64,000 bases of DNA from Anaerolineales bacterium (GTDB lineage Bacteria; Chloroflexota; Anaerolineae; Anaerolineales; RBG-16-64-43). Where the stretch lies: assembly GCA_016928575.1 (NCBI GenBank), contig JAFGKK010000057.1:93386-157385 (forward strand), read 5' to 3'. Shown in pieces: positions 50,242 through 59,534 of the stretch (positions are counted from its first letter, which is position 1; each line of letters starts with the position of its first letter). Both the position numbers and the translations under genes were made by a program. The notes beneath the pieces were generated by a model that saw only the letters and a program-made list of their open reading frames with translations, made no database searches and was not told where the DNA came from.

Positions 50242-51120
50242 TCAGGATCCGGCCGGGGATTGGATGGCGATCACGCCGACCGCACCCGGACCGATGTGCA
50301 CCCCGATCGCCGGCGTAACCTCGATCACGCGGGTTGTTTCCTTGAGCACCCGCCCGAGTCCTTGAATGCTCCCGGCCAGCTGCGGAATCAGCCCGTCCGC
50401 CAATTGGCGAGCGTTGGCGTGGGCGATCGCCAGGCGTTCGACCGGCCCCCAGGAACGGACTTGTTCGACGAGCGCAGCGAGGCCGCGTGTCTGGGTCCGG
50501 ACCTGAGCCACGCGGCTGACCGTCCCCTCGTACAGCGAGATCAGCAGTTTGATCTGCAGAAAGTCGCCGATTCCCGCGACGAGGGCGGGCAGCCGGCCGC
50601 TGTGAGACAGGTGCGTGAGGCTTTCGATAAGCGCCACGAGGCGGGCCCGCTTTCTGGCTTCGAGGATGGTTTTCCGCAGGGCGTCGAGCGGGGCGCCGCC
50701 CGCGGCGGCTTCGGCCGCCGCCAGGATCTGAAATCCGGTGCCCAACGATACCTGGCCGGTTTCCATCACTTCCACCCGGCCGGGAAACCGCCGGGCGGCG
50801 ATCGAGGCCGAGTTGAAAATCCCGCTCAGGCTCGAGGCCAGATGGATGGAGAGGATCTTTTGCACGCCGCGCGAAAGAACCTTCTCGAAAGCCTCTTCGA
50901 ATGCGTTGACCGACGGGGTCGAGGTGGTGGGCAAAATCCGCTGGGCGGTCATTTTGCGGTAGAGTTCCGAGCGCGAAATGTCGACCCCGTCGCGGTAGCT
51001 TTTCCCGCCGAACATGATCATCGCCGGGACGATTTCCACTCCGAACCGTTCCGCGTCGTCCGGGGGGACGTCGCTGGTGCTGTCGGTTACAAATCCGATG
51101 GTTTCTGTCATGGTGCACAC
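50242..51120 (-). CDS. DegV-family fatty-acid-binding protein (FakB-like), copy 2
   Basis: IGFVTDSTSDVPPD...GKSYRDGVDIS...TSTPSVNAF matches the DegV pattern. Confidence 0.88.
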   Translation of the reverse strand: MCTMTETIGFVTDSTSDVPPDDAERFGVEIVPAMIMFGGKSYRDGVDISRSELYRKMTAQRILPTTSTPSVNAFEEAFEKVLSRGVQKILSIHLASSLSGIFNSASIAARRFPGRVEVMETGQVSLGTGFQILAAAEAAAGGAPLDALRKTILEARKRARLVALIESLTHLSHSGRLPALVAGIGDFLQIKLLISLYEGTVSRVAQVRTQTRGLAALVEQVRSWGPVERLAIAHANARQLADGLIPQLAGSIQGLGRVLKETTRVIEVTPAIGVHIGPGAVGVIAIQSPAGS

Positions 51121-51122
51121 TC

Positions 51123-52070
51123 CTATTGGGCCGAGCCGCGCGTTCCGGAAGGCAGGTCGAATACGATGATGCCGGAGGAGCGCGGGCCGAAGATCGAGGC
51201 GACCGAAGCCCCCATGGGCATGGTGGAGACCGGGCAGGCGGGGAAAACCTCCCGCACCCGCTGATACAGGAGCCGTCCGTGATGCTGGTTGTCGTTGGCA
51301 TTGTATACCAAGGCCAGACGGTGCAGGTGGGTGAACTCGCCGACGAATTCCACCAGCTTTTCCACGGCCTGCTCCGGCGTTTGGACTTTCTCAAGCGGGA
51401 CCAAGCCCCCCTCTTCCAAGGAGAGAAACGGCTTGATCCCCAGAAGATCGCCCAGCATCACCTGCGCCCGGCTGATCCGGCCGGTGTGCTGCAGGTAGGC
51501 CAGGTCCTCAATGAAGAACACGGCGTACATCCGCGGGACGAGGTAGCGCAGCTGGCGGACCGCCTCCTCCAGCGAGGCGCCCCGGTCGGCGATCCGCAGG
51601 GTCTCCCCGATCAGGAAGCCGATTCCGGCGGATGTGGTTTGTGAATCCACCACGATAATGTTCAGCCGTCCGGCGAAGGATTCAGCGGCGGCTTTGGCGT
51701 TCCGCACCGCCCGGCACAGGCGGCTGGAACTCAACAGGCAGAGAATGTTGCGGGTGTGGCGGGAGATGCTTTGAAATGTGCAGAGGAAGGCTTCCACGCT
51801 CGGCGAGGCGACGACCGGCAGCGGGTCGCGGTTCACCAGCAGAGGGCGGATTTTCTCCAGCGTGTCGCCGTTTTGGTCGTCCAGAAAGGAGTGCGTGCCG
51901 ATGTGGATCGTCAGGGGCAGGACCGTTACGTCAGGCCGCCGGGCGGTCTCCGGATTTGGAAACGCCGAGGCGCTGTCGGTGACGATGTGGATCCGCATGC
52001 GGTTCCTCGGCGCGGGACCGGTTGGGCGGAGCTTGGCGGTTGTTTCCGCCGGATGCGGCTTGGCAGCCAT
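51123..52070 (-). CDS. DegV-family fatty-acid-binding protein (FakB-like), copy 1
   Basis: MRIHIVTDSASAF...LPLTIHIGTHSFLDD...ASPSVEAF. The true start may be ATG 51998. Confidence 0.85.
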   Translation of the reverse strand: MAAKPHPAETTAKLRPTGPAPRNRMRIHIVTDSASAFPNPETARRPDVTVLPLTIHIGTHSFLDDQNGDTLEKIRPLLVNRDPLPVVASPSVEAFLCTFQSISRHTRNILCLLSSSRLCRAVRNAKAAAESFAGRLNIIVVDSQTTSAGIGFLIGETLRIADRGASLEEAVRQLRYLVPRMYAVFFIEDLAYLQHTGRISRAQVMLGDLLGIKPFLSLEEGGLVPLEKVQTPEQAVEKLVEFVGEFTHLHRLALVYNANDNQHHGRLLYQRVREVFPACPVSTMPMGASVASIFGPRSSGIIVFDLPSGTRGSAQ

Positions 52071-52081
52071 CGTTGCCCCCC

Positions 52082-53770
52082 TTATTCGACCGACAGGATA
52101 AAGAAATAATGCGGCTGTCCGCCCTCGTAACTCTCCACCTGCTGGGCGGGGAAGGTGGCCCGGATTTTATCCGCCAACTGGTTCGCCGCTTGCGGCGTGA
52201 GCCGCTCTCCCCAATACAGAGTCACCAATTCGCGGGATTCGGCTCCCATTTTAAAAAGGAGATCCATCAGCGTGTCTTCCAGCGAATTCCCGGTCGACAC
52301 CAGATGTCCGTTGCGCAGGCCGATGAACTGTCCTTCCGCCACCCGAATCCCGTTCATCTCGACGGAGCGGGTGGCCAGGGTTAATTCTCCACTTTCGATC
52401 CCGTCGATGGCGTTGGCCATCGCCTGCCGGACGCCGTCAAGGCTGCCGTCGTTTTGGAAGGCGAGCATGGCGGCGATCCCTTGGGGGATGCTGCGGGTGG
52501 GAATGACGGCGATCTGCTTGTCGGTCAGGTGGGCTGTCTGCTGGGCGGCCATCAGGATGTTCTTGTTGTTGGGGAGGATGACGATCTTTTCGGCCGGCAG
52601 ATCGGCGAAGGCGGCGAGGATCTCCTGGGTGCTGGGATTCATCGTCTGGCCGCCCGGGACGACCGCGGAAACCCCCAGGCTGGCGAACACCTTGGTCAGA
52701 CCGATTCCCGGCGAAACGGCGACCGCCGCGATCTGCTCGGCCTGGACCTTGCGGAACGCGATTTCCTCATCCGGCTTTTTGCGGTGCAGGCCGGTTTGCT
52801 CTTGCAGGTTTTCGATCGCCACTTTCGTGACGGTGCCGATCTCGAGAATATAGTCGATCGGTGCGTAGCGATTCTCGGACGGCACATGGATGTGCATGCG
52901 GTACAAGTCGTCGCCCTGGCCGACTTGGATCGACGTGCCCATCTGCTCCAAATGCTTGTAGAACTGCTCCAGATTCAACGGGGAGGCGGGGGTGAAATCC
53001 ACGACGACTTCGAAATCCTGCCCCTCCTCGACGAACTCCTCGGCCCGGCTGAGGTCGAGGGCGTTTAGGGGGGCGACGGTCATCAGCGGCTTGTCGAGGG
53101 GCTTGCCCTCAAAATACCGGAGCATGCCCTCCAGCAGGAAGAACAAACCCTTGCCTCCCGCGTCGACCACGCCGGCCTGACGCAGGACGGGCAGCATCTC
53201 CGGCGTGCGCTGCACCGAGCGGTCGGCGGCCGACACGATGCGGGAGAGCAGTTCCGGGAACGCGCATCCCGCGGAACGGGCTTCCTCAGCGGCCAGGGCG
53301 ATGTCGGTGGCGACGGTGAGGATCGTGCCCTCCACCGGACGAACGACGCCCTTGTAGGCCGTCTCGCGGGCCTCCTGCCAGGCGTGGGCGAACGCCGCCG
53401 GATCGATCAGCGGCTTGGCATCCACGCTGCGGGCGATCCCGCGCCAGATCTGGGAAAGAATCACGCCGGAATTGCCGCGGGCTCCCATCAGCGCTCCGTG
53501 CGCAATGCTGTGCGCCACCTGGCCGGCGCTGGAGGAATCGCTGTTGGCCACCTCCTGGAACGCCGCCTGCATGGTGAGGGACATGTTCGTCCCGGTGTCG
53601 CCGTCCGGCACCGGATACACGTTTAGGGCGTTGATCGTCTGCTGGTTGGTGTTCAACCACGTCAGACCGGCAAAGACGAGCTGCTTTAGCAGCTGCCCGT
53701 CGATGGCGGGAATCGTGGCGTTCACAGAAGGGGATTGGGATGGTTCCGGCGCTTGTGGGGGGGAAGTCAT
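52082..53770 (-). CDS. fakA: DAK2-domain protein, YloV/FakA-like (fatty acid kinase ATP-binding subunit candidate)
   Basis: LNVYPVPDGDTGTNMSLTM, GARGNSGVILSQ, GGQTMNPST, ILPNNKNILMAA, IPTRSIPQG and C-terminal YEGGQPHYFFILSVE closely parallel staphylococcal FakA / Bacillus YloV as I recall them. Confidence 0.85.
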   Translation of the reverse strand: MTSPPQAPEPSQSPSVNATIPAIDGQLLKQLVFAGLTWLNTNQQTINALNVYPVPDGDTGTNMSLTMQAAFQEVANSDSSSAGQVAHSIAHGALMGARGNSGVILSQIWRGIARSVDAKPLIDPAAFAHAWQEARETAYKGVVRPVEGTILTVATDIALAAEEARSAGCAFPELLSRIVSAADRSVQRTPEMLPVLRQAGVVDAGGKGLFFLLEGMLRYFEGKPLDKPLMTVAPLNALDLSRAEEFVEEGQDFEVVVDFTPASPLNLEQFYKHLEQMGTSIQVGQGDDLYRMHIHVPSENRYAPIDYILEIGTVTKVAIENLQEQTGLHRKKPDEEIAFRKVQAEQIAAVAVSPGIGLTKVFASLGVSAVVPGGQTMNPSTQEILAAFADLPAEKIVILPNNKNILMAAQQTAHLTDKQIAVIPTRSIPQGIAAMLAFQNDGSLDGVRQAMANAIDGIESGELTLATRSVEMNGIRVAEGQFIGLRNGHLVSTGNSLEDTLMDLLFKMGAESRELVTLYWGERLTPQAANQLADKIRATFPAQQVESYEGGQPHYFFILSVE

Positions 53771-53801
53771 CTCCGGCGTCCTGCCGTCCTGAGGGAAGTG
53801 T

Positions 53802-54170
53802 TCAATCCGGGTTGCTCACGCGCAAGCCCTGGACATGCACATTGACGGTTTCCACGGGCAGGCGGAAATTGTTTTCCACGGTATAGCATACGGCATGGGC
53901 GACGCTGTCCGCTACGGTGGAGATCCGGGTTCCGTACTCCAAAATGACGTACACGTCCAGGCTGATGCCGTCGTCCAGCACATGGACTTCCACGCCCTGG
54001 CTGGGATCCTTGGCGGTGGGATGGATCCAGGAGGAGAACCAGCCGCGGGCGGCCATCCCGACCACGCCGTACGACCGCAGCGCGGCCTGACTGGCCAGCG
54101 CGGAGACGGCATGGAGGGAGATGCGGACGTCGCCCAGGGAGATTTCGGCGTCCTTTTTCATTCGGTTCAT
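53802..54170 (-). CDS. Asp23/Gls24-family envelope stress protein
   Basis: ISLGDVRISLHAVSALASQAALRSYGVVGM... Occupies the YloU-like position upstream of the DAK2 gene. Confidence 0.88.
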   Translation of the reverse strand: MNRMKKDAEISLGDVRISLHAVSALASQAALRSYGVVGMAARGWFSSWIHPTAKDPSQGVEVHVLDDGISLDVYVILEYGTRISTVADSVAHAVCYTVENNFRLPVETVNVHVQGLRVSNPD

Positions 54171-54300
54171 CCCCTCCTATCCGCTGGCGCCCGTTCGGCG
54201 GGCGACTCTTGTCCGGACGGTATCTTGTCCGGCCACCCTTCCTATGGTAAGATGCGGACCGGTTTGCGCCGGAAAAGCATTCCCAGGAAGGAATCGGAAA

Positions 54301-54483
54301 ATGGCAAAATGTGAAAAGTGCGGCAAGGCGGTCACCTTCGGCCACAACCGCTCGTTCTCGAAACGGGCGACGAGACGATCCTACCGCCCCAACCTCCAGA
54401 AGGTAGCCGTTTGGAGCGGCAAGCGCAAGCAGACCATGGTGCTGTGCGCCAGATGCCTGCGCTCGTCCGTCAAAGTGAAGTAG
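54301..54483 (+). CDS. rpmB: 50S ribosomal protein L28 (Cys-containing, zinc-ribbon form)
   Basis: MAKCEKCGKAVTFGHNRSFSKRATRRSYRPNLQK...LCARCLRS. The track ORF over-extends to 54121. Confidence 0.95.
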   Translation: MAKCEKCGKAVTFGHNRSFSKRATRRSYRPNLQKVAVWSGKRKQTMVLCARCLRSSVKVK

Positions 54484-54502
54484 GGTTTAGCCTTCCTTCG
54501 CG

Positions 54503-54529
54503 CCGGCGGATCCCCCGCCGGTTTTTTTT
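54503..54529 (+). terminator. Rho-independent terminator after rpmB
   Basis: CCGGCGG-ATCCC-CCGCCGG followed by TTTTTTTT. Confidence 0.9.
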
Positions 54530-54646
54530 CCCCCCATCAGACGGCGTCGAGGTCTATGCCCGCAAATCATAACGTCCGGACCCAAAAAAAACAATAGCTT
54601 GACAGGACTCTGGAAAAAGGGGGGGGAACATGCTACATTATTTTCT

Positions 54647-56212
54647 ATGAAATCCGAGGCAAGTGGAATTATTAGGAAAAATTGGGTAATAATTATCGCC
54701 ATTCTATTTGGGTGGGCATGTACCCGGTCCGGAGCTCCGGTCCAGTATTTGAAAACGACTGCCGACAAATTTCCATCCGCGATCGTCGGGCAAGGGCAAG
54801 CCGCGATCCCAGGGACGATAAACCCCAGTCCGTTTCTCCCCGCGACGGAATTCACCGCCGCTCCGACCGCCATGTTCGCCACCCCCACGCTGGATCCGAC
54901 CCGCCCTTCCTCGCTTCCGACGCTCGGACCGGGCACCTATGTTGTCCAACCGGGCGACACCATCGCTTCCATTGCAGAAAAGTTCGGGGTCACGGAAGAG
55001 GCGATCATCGCCCTCAACGGCTTGACGAATCCGGACGCGCTGCAAGTCGGACAAACCCTCGCCATCCCGGTCCCGGAATCCGAGAAGCCCGGACCGAATT
55101 TTAAAATCATTCCGGATTCGGAATTGGTGTTCGGGCCGGCCGCCGACGGATTTGATCCCGTGGAATTTCTCAAGGGGGGCAACGGCTACCTGCATCGCTA
55201 CCTCGAGGTCGTCGAACGGAAAGAACGGAGTGGTCCGGAGATCGTCGCCTTCGTTGCGGAACACTACTCCGTCAATCCGCGATTGCTGCTATCGGTGCTG
55301 GAGTACACCGCGCGGTGGATCAGCAATCCGTACCCTTCGGCGGGCGAAGCGACCTATCCGTTCGTCGTCGAGACCGGCCGCGAGGGCTTGTACCGCCAGC
55401 TGGCGTGGGCCGCCGACCAACTTAATCAGGGCTACTATGATTGGAAGGCCGGAGGGTCGGATTATTGGGTTCTGGAGGACGACAGCGTGGTCCGGATCGG
55501 TTCCGGGATTAATGCCGGCACGGCCGGCGTGCAATACCTGATGTCGCGGATCTATGGAAAGCAAGCCTGGCAAGCGGCGGTGGGCGAGGGGGGGGTGTTT
55601 TCCACCTTCCAAGCGATGTTCGGCTATCCGTTTCTTTGGTCGCTGGAGCCGGTCGTCCCCGCAGGCTTGGTCCAGCCGATGTTGATGCTGCCTTTTGAAG
55701 ACGATGTGGTATGGTATTTCACCGGCGGACCGCACGGCGGATGGGACAGCGGATCGGCGTGGGCGGCGTTGGATTTCGCGCCGTCGGACATCGTCAGCGG
55801 ATGCGTGCAATCGGAAGCTTGGGTTGTGGCGTCCTCCCCCGGATTGGTGGTCCGCAGCGAGGAAGGAGCCGTGGTCCTGGATCTGGATTTCGACGGCAAC
55901 GAGCACACCGGCTGGACCATCTTCTACATGCACATCGAAAGCCGCGACCGTGTCCCGGTCGGGAAGCGGGTCCTTCTGGCCGACCGGCTGGGACATCCTT
56001 CCTGTGAAGGGGGGTACTCGAACGGAACGCACGTCCACATCGCCCGGCGCTTCAACGGCGAATGGATCGCGGCCGACGGTCCGATCCCGTTTGTCCTCAG
56101 CGGCTGGACCGCAATTGCAACCGGAGTCGAATACGACGGGTATCTCACCAAGGGCGACCGGACCATCGAAGCCTGCGATTGCGGAATTCCGGAGAATGAA
56201 ATCTGGCGATGA
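54647..56212 (+). CDS. LysM + atypical M23-like metallopeptidase lipoprotein, paralog 1
   Basis: Hydrophobic N-terminus ending ...LFGWAC. LysM YVVQPGDTIASIAEKFGV...LQVGQTLAIPV. C-terminus GGPHGGWDSGSAWAALDFAP...GHPSCEGG...GTHVHIARRFNGEW. Alternative TTG start at 54599. Confidence 0.85.
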   Translation: MKSEASGIIRKNWVIIIAILFGWACTRSGAPVQYLKTTADKFPSAIVGQGQAAIPGTINPSPFLPATEFTAAPTAMFATPTLDPTRPSSLPTLGPGTYVVQPGDTIASIAEKFGVTEEAIIALNGLTNPDALQVGQTLAIPVPESEKPGPNFKIIPDSELVFGPAADGFDPVEFLKGGNGYLHRYLEVVERKERSGPEIVAFVAEHYSVNPRLLLSVLEYTARWISNPYPSAGEATYPFVVETGREGLYRQLAWAADQLNQGYYDWKAGGSDYWVLEDDSVVRIGSGINAGTAGVQYLMSRIYGKQAWQAAVGEGGVFSTFQAMFGYPFLWSLEPVVPAGLVQPMLMLPFEDDVVWYFTGGPHGGWDSGSAWAALDFAPSDIVSGCVQSEAWVVASSPGLVVRSEEGAVVLDLDFDGNEHTGWTIFYMHIESRDRVPVGKRVLLADRLGHPSCEGGYSNGTHVHIARRFNGEWIAADGPIPFVLSGWTAIATGVEYDGYLTKGDRTIEACDCGIPENEIWR

Positions 56213-57765
56213 ATCGGCAAAAGCGGCGGTGCCCCGGAATCGGATTGGCCCTCCTGCTGTGCATCCTCGCGGCGCCGGCCTTGGCGTGTTCGCGGGAGAC
56301 CGCCGCGACGCTGGAAGTGGATTCTTTGTTTGCCACTCCCACGCGCACGGTCCCGCCGCCCACGCCGACGCCAACCGATCCGCCGACCGCCACCCCAACC
56401 GCGGTCCCGCTCCCGACCGCGACCCTCAAGCCGACCAATACCTATCCGCCGACGCCGACCCGGAGGCCGCAGGCCACGCCCCTGCCGACGGGCTACATCG
56501 TCCAGGCCGGCGATACCCTGCGGACCATCGCCATCCGGTTTGGAGTTCTGCCGGGCGACATCCAAGCGGTCAACGGCGATCCGGTGCCGCAGGAAAGGCT
56601 GCTCGAACCGGGAACGCGGTTGGTCATTCCCGTTTCGTTGGAAGGCACGTCGGATTCCACGCACCTGTTTCCCGACAGCGCGATCGTGTATTCGCCGGCC
56701 TTCGCCAATTTCGATCCCATCCAATACCTCCGCGACCAGGATGGGTATCTGTCTTCCTACATCCAGGGCAGCGGAGAGATGGCCAACGGCCCGGAAATTC
56801 TCCGGCAGATCGCGTTCAACAATTCCTTCAGCCCGAAATTGCTGATCGCCCTGGTGGAGTATTCCAGCGGCTGGGTCACCAAAAAGAATCCCTCCGCCGA
56901 CACGCTCCATTATCCGCTCGGCTACAAGGACCCGGATTCCTTCGGTTTGTCGGGGCAGTTGGTTTGGGCGACCAACATTTTAAGCATCGGCTATTACGGT
57001 TGGCGCGATGCCAGCCAGTTGGAGCTTCCCTTCAACGACGGCAGCGTCATGAGGCTGGCTCCGGACCTGAACGCTGGAACGGCGGCCATCCTGTATTATT
57101 TCGCCCGGACAACCGGTGGACGCGGGGAATGGGCGCAGGCCGTCGCAGACTTTTTGGAGGTGTACCGGCGGCTGTTCGGCGATCCGTTCAGCGAAGCCAT
57201 CGAGCCGTTGTACACCGCCGACCTGCCGCTTTACGAGATGGAACTGCCTTTTTACAAAGGCCAGCAGTGGGCTTTCACCGGCGGCCCGCACGGGGCCTGG
57301 GAGCGCGACGGCGCGCGGGCGGCGTTGGACTTCGCGCCGACCGATGCGCCGAATTGCGCCATCTCGCCGAGTTGGACGACCGCGGTCGCCCCGGGGCTGA
57401 TCGTACGCTCGATCGGCCACGTGGTGGTGATCGACCTGGACGGAGACGGATACGAGCAGACCGGCTGGAACGTGCTCTACCTGCACATCGCCGATAAGGA
57501 TCACATTTTAAAGGGGATGCGGGTGGAGACGGACGACCGGCTCGGCCATCCGTCCTGCGAGGGCGGAATCGCCACCGGGACTCACATTCACATCGCCCGG
57601 AAATACAACGGCGAGTGGATGCTCGCCGGGGGGCCGGTTCCCTTTATCCTCAGCCGCTGGGTGGCCCATGCGGGGGAACATCCCTACGAGGGAACGTTGG
57701 AACGCGATGGGATTGTCGTCACCGCCCGGGCTTGGGCGACGCAGGAACTCCTCGTGTGGCGCTGA
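56209..57765 (+). CDS. LysM + atypical M23-like metallopeptidase lipoprotein, paralog 2
   Basis: ATGA overlap with paralog 1. Lipobox ...APALAC, Pro/Thr-rich linker, LysM YIVQAGDTLRTIAIRFGV. GGPHGAWERDGARAALDFAP...GHPSCEGG...GTHIHIARKYNGEW. Confidence 0.88.
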   Translation: MNRQKRRCPGIGLALLLCILAAPALACSRETAATLEVDSLFATPTRTVPPPTPTPTDPPTATPTAVPLPTATLKPTNTYPPTPTRRPQATPLPTGYIVQAGDTLRTIAIRFGVLPGDIQAVNGDPVPQERLLEPGTRLVIPVSLEGTSDSTHLFPDSAIVYSPAFANFDPIQYLRDQDGYLSSYIQGSGEMANGPEILRQIAFNNSFSPKLLIALVEYSSGWVTKKNPSADTLHYPLGYKDPDSFGLSGQLVWATNILSIGYYGWRDASQLELPFNDGSVMRLAPDLNAGTAAILYYFARTTGGRGEWAQAVADFLEVYRRLFGDPFSEAIEPLYTADLPLYEMELPFYKGQQWAFTGGPHGAWERDGARAALDFAPTDAPNCAISPSWTTAVAPGLIVRSIGHVVVIDLDGDGYEQTGWNVLYLHIADKDHILKGMRVETDDRLGHPSCEGGIATGTHIHIARKYNGEWMLAGGPVPFILSRWVAHAGEHPYEGTLERDGIVVTARAWATQELLVWR

Positions 57766-57799
57766 AGCCTCGGACCGGATTAGAATCGGTTCGGAACGA

Positions 57800-59383
57800 A
57801 TGAATCCACGGGTATCGGATACTACGCTGTGGCTGGATGTGCCGCCGAATCCGGGTTCTCGCCGCTTGGCGGCAGGGTGGCGTTTCCGGGCGGGCCGGTT
57901 ATTGGGGCCGGCGGTTTTCTTGTTCCTGAGTGTCTCGGCTTGCGGTCCGGAGGAATTGCCGGCCACGATCCCCGCAACGGCGACGGCCGAAAGCGCCGAG
58001 CTTTACTCAGTCCTTTCCCCCACGCCGCTTCCCACCCGGCTGCTCTCCGAACCGGGGCAGATCATGGACTATCAAGCGCAATCCGGCGATACGCTCGAAG
58101 CCGTCGCCGCTCATTTCCGCACCACCGTTGAGGACATCCGCAGGCAAAACCCCGATCTGCCCGGCAAGATCACAACGCTGATCCCGGGCGAGATCCTCCG
58201 CGTACCGGTGTACCTGGCTCCCTTCACCGGGACGCCGTTCCAGATTTTGCCCGACAGCGAGGTGGCGGCCGGACCTTCGACGGGGCATTTTTCCGGTTCG
58301 GTGTTCGTCGAGAATTCGCCCGGATACTTAAAGGACTACGCCGAATTCGTATTCGGGATGCGGTTGGACGGTTGGGGAGTGGTGGAAACCGTGGCGAGGG
58401 ATTTTTCCGTGCATCCGCGCCTGCTCCTGGCGCTTTTGGAATACCGCTCAGGCGCGTTGAGCCGCGACGATCAAAGCGAGGCCTTGAAAGCGTATCCGCT
58501 CGGTTCGACGGACATCACCGATATCGGACTCGGGATGCAGCTTTCGTGGGCTGCGGAGATGCTGAACGAGGGATACTACGGCTGGCGGACGGGCTGGCTT
58601 GGGGAATTGGAGCTGGCCGACGGCCGGGTTTCCCACCCCGACCCGTGGCAGAACGCCGGAACGGTGGCGGTCCAATACCTGCTGGCGCACTGGTTCGGGC
58701 AGGACGAGTTCGATCTTGCCGTAGGTCCGGAGGGGTTTGTCCAAACCTACCGGCGGCTGTTCGGCGACCCGTTCGGGTACGCCGAGGAATTGATCCCGGG
58801 CGGTCTGCTTCAGCCGGCGATGCAATTGCCTTTCGAACCGGGGAAAATTTGGATCTATACCGGCGGACCGCATTCGGTCTGGGGGCATCATTTGCCGTGG
58901 GCGGCGGTCGATTTCGCCCCGCCGTCGGAAACGTACGGCTGTCAGGAAAGCCCCGAGTGGGCGACGGCGGCCGCCGACGGCCTGGTCGCACGCAGTGGTC
59001 CGGCGACGGTCGTTTTGGATTTGGATTTCGACGGCGACGAACATACCGGATGGATCGTTTTTTATTTTCACGTGGCGGAAGCGGGCCGGATTCCCGCCGG
59101 CGCGCGTTTGCGGGCCGGCGATCGGATCGGGCATCCTTCCTGCGAAGGCGGAACGGCGACCGGAAGCCACATCCACATCGCCCGGCGCTACAACGGCGAA
59201 TGGATATCGGCCGGCGGCCCGTTGGCGTTCAACCTGAGCGATTGGATCGTCGGATACGGGGACCGGCCGTATCAGGGAACCCTCTCGTATTACCTGGAAG
59301 CCGTCCTCCATGCCTACGAGGGAGTCACGCCCGACAACCGAATCATGCTTCCGGCCGCGGCAACCCCGACGCCCGCCGCCTGA
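57800..59383 (+). CDS. LysM + atypical M23-like metallopeptidase lipoprotein, paralog 3
   Basis: Lipobox ...LSVSAC. LysM YQAQSGDTLEAVAAHFRT. GGPHSVWGHHLPWAAVDFAP...GHPSCEGG...GSHIHIARRYNGEW. Track start 57668 overlaps paralog 2. Confidence 0.85.
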   Translation: MNPRVSDTTLWLDVPPNPGSRRLAAGWRFRAGRLLGPAVFLFLSVSACGPEELPATIPATATAESAELYSVLSPTPLPTRLLSEPGQIMDYQAQSGDTLEAVAAHFRTTVEDIRRQNPDLPGKITTLIPGEILRVPVYLAPFTGTPFQILPDSEVAAGPSTGHFSGSVFVENSPGYLKDYAEFVFGMRLDGWGVVETVARDFSVHPRLLLALLEYRSGALSRDDQSEALKAYPLGSTDITDIGLGMQLSWAAEMLNEGYYGWRTGWLGELELADGRVSHPDPWQNAGTVAVQYLLAHWFGQDEFDLAVGPEGFVQTYRRLFGDPFGYAEELIPGGLLQPAMQLPFEPGKIWIYTGGPHSVWGHHLPWAAVDFAPPSETYGCQESPEWATAAADGLVARSGPATVVLDLDFDGDEHTGWIVFYFHVAEAGRIPAGARLRAGDRIGHPSCEGGTATGSHIHIARRYNGEWISAGGPLAFNLSDWIVGYGDRPYQGTLSYYLEAVLHAYEGVTPDNRIMLPAAATPTPAA

Positions 59384-59517
59384 TTGGTTCCTCGCCGGCA
59401 GTCCCGTGCCCGGCCTCACTCCGCGGTTTTCTCAGGCGTCTTCCGCCCGCTTTCGCTCCGGCGGAACCGCCGCGAAGCATGCGCCGCGCGGCTGCTCGAT
59501 CGGTGTGCATTCCATGT

Positions 59518-59525
59518 TATATTAT
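59518..59525 (+). promoter_or_regulatory. AT-rich -10-like element upstream of rnpB
   Basis: TATATTAT lies 9-10 nt before the inferred 5' end of RNase P RNA. No convincing -35 box. Confidence 0.3.
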
Positions 59526-59534
59526 TTGCGGTAT

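Noticed and set aside
55695-57497. 600-aa plus-strand ORF in an alternative frame across peptidase paralogs 1 and 2
   Set aside because: It is out of frame with two genes that have clear LysM/M23 motifs. The product is Arg/Gly/Pro-rich with no domains.
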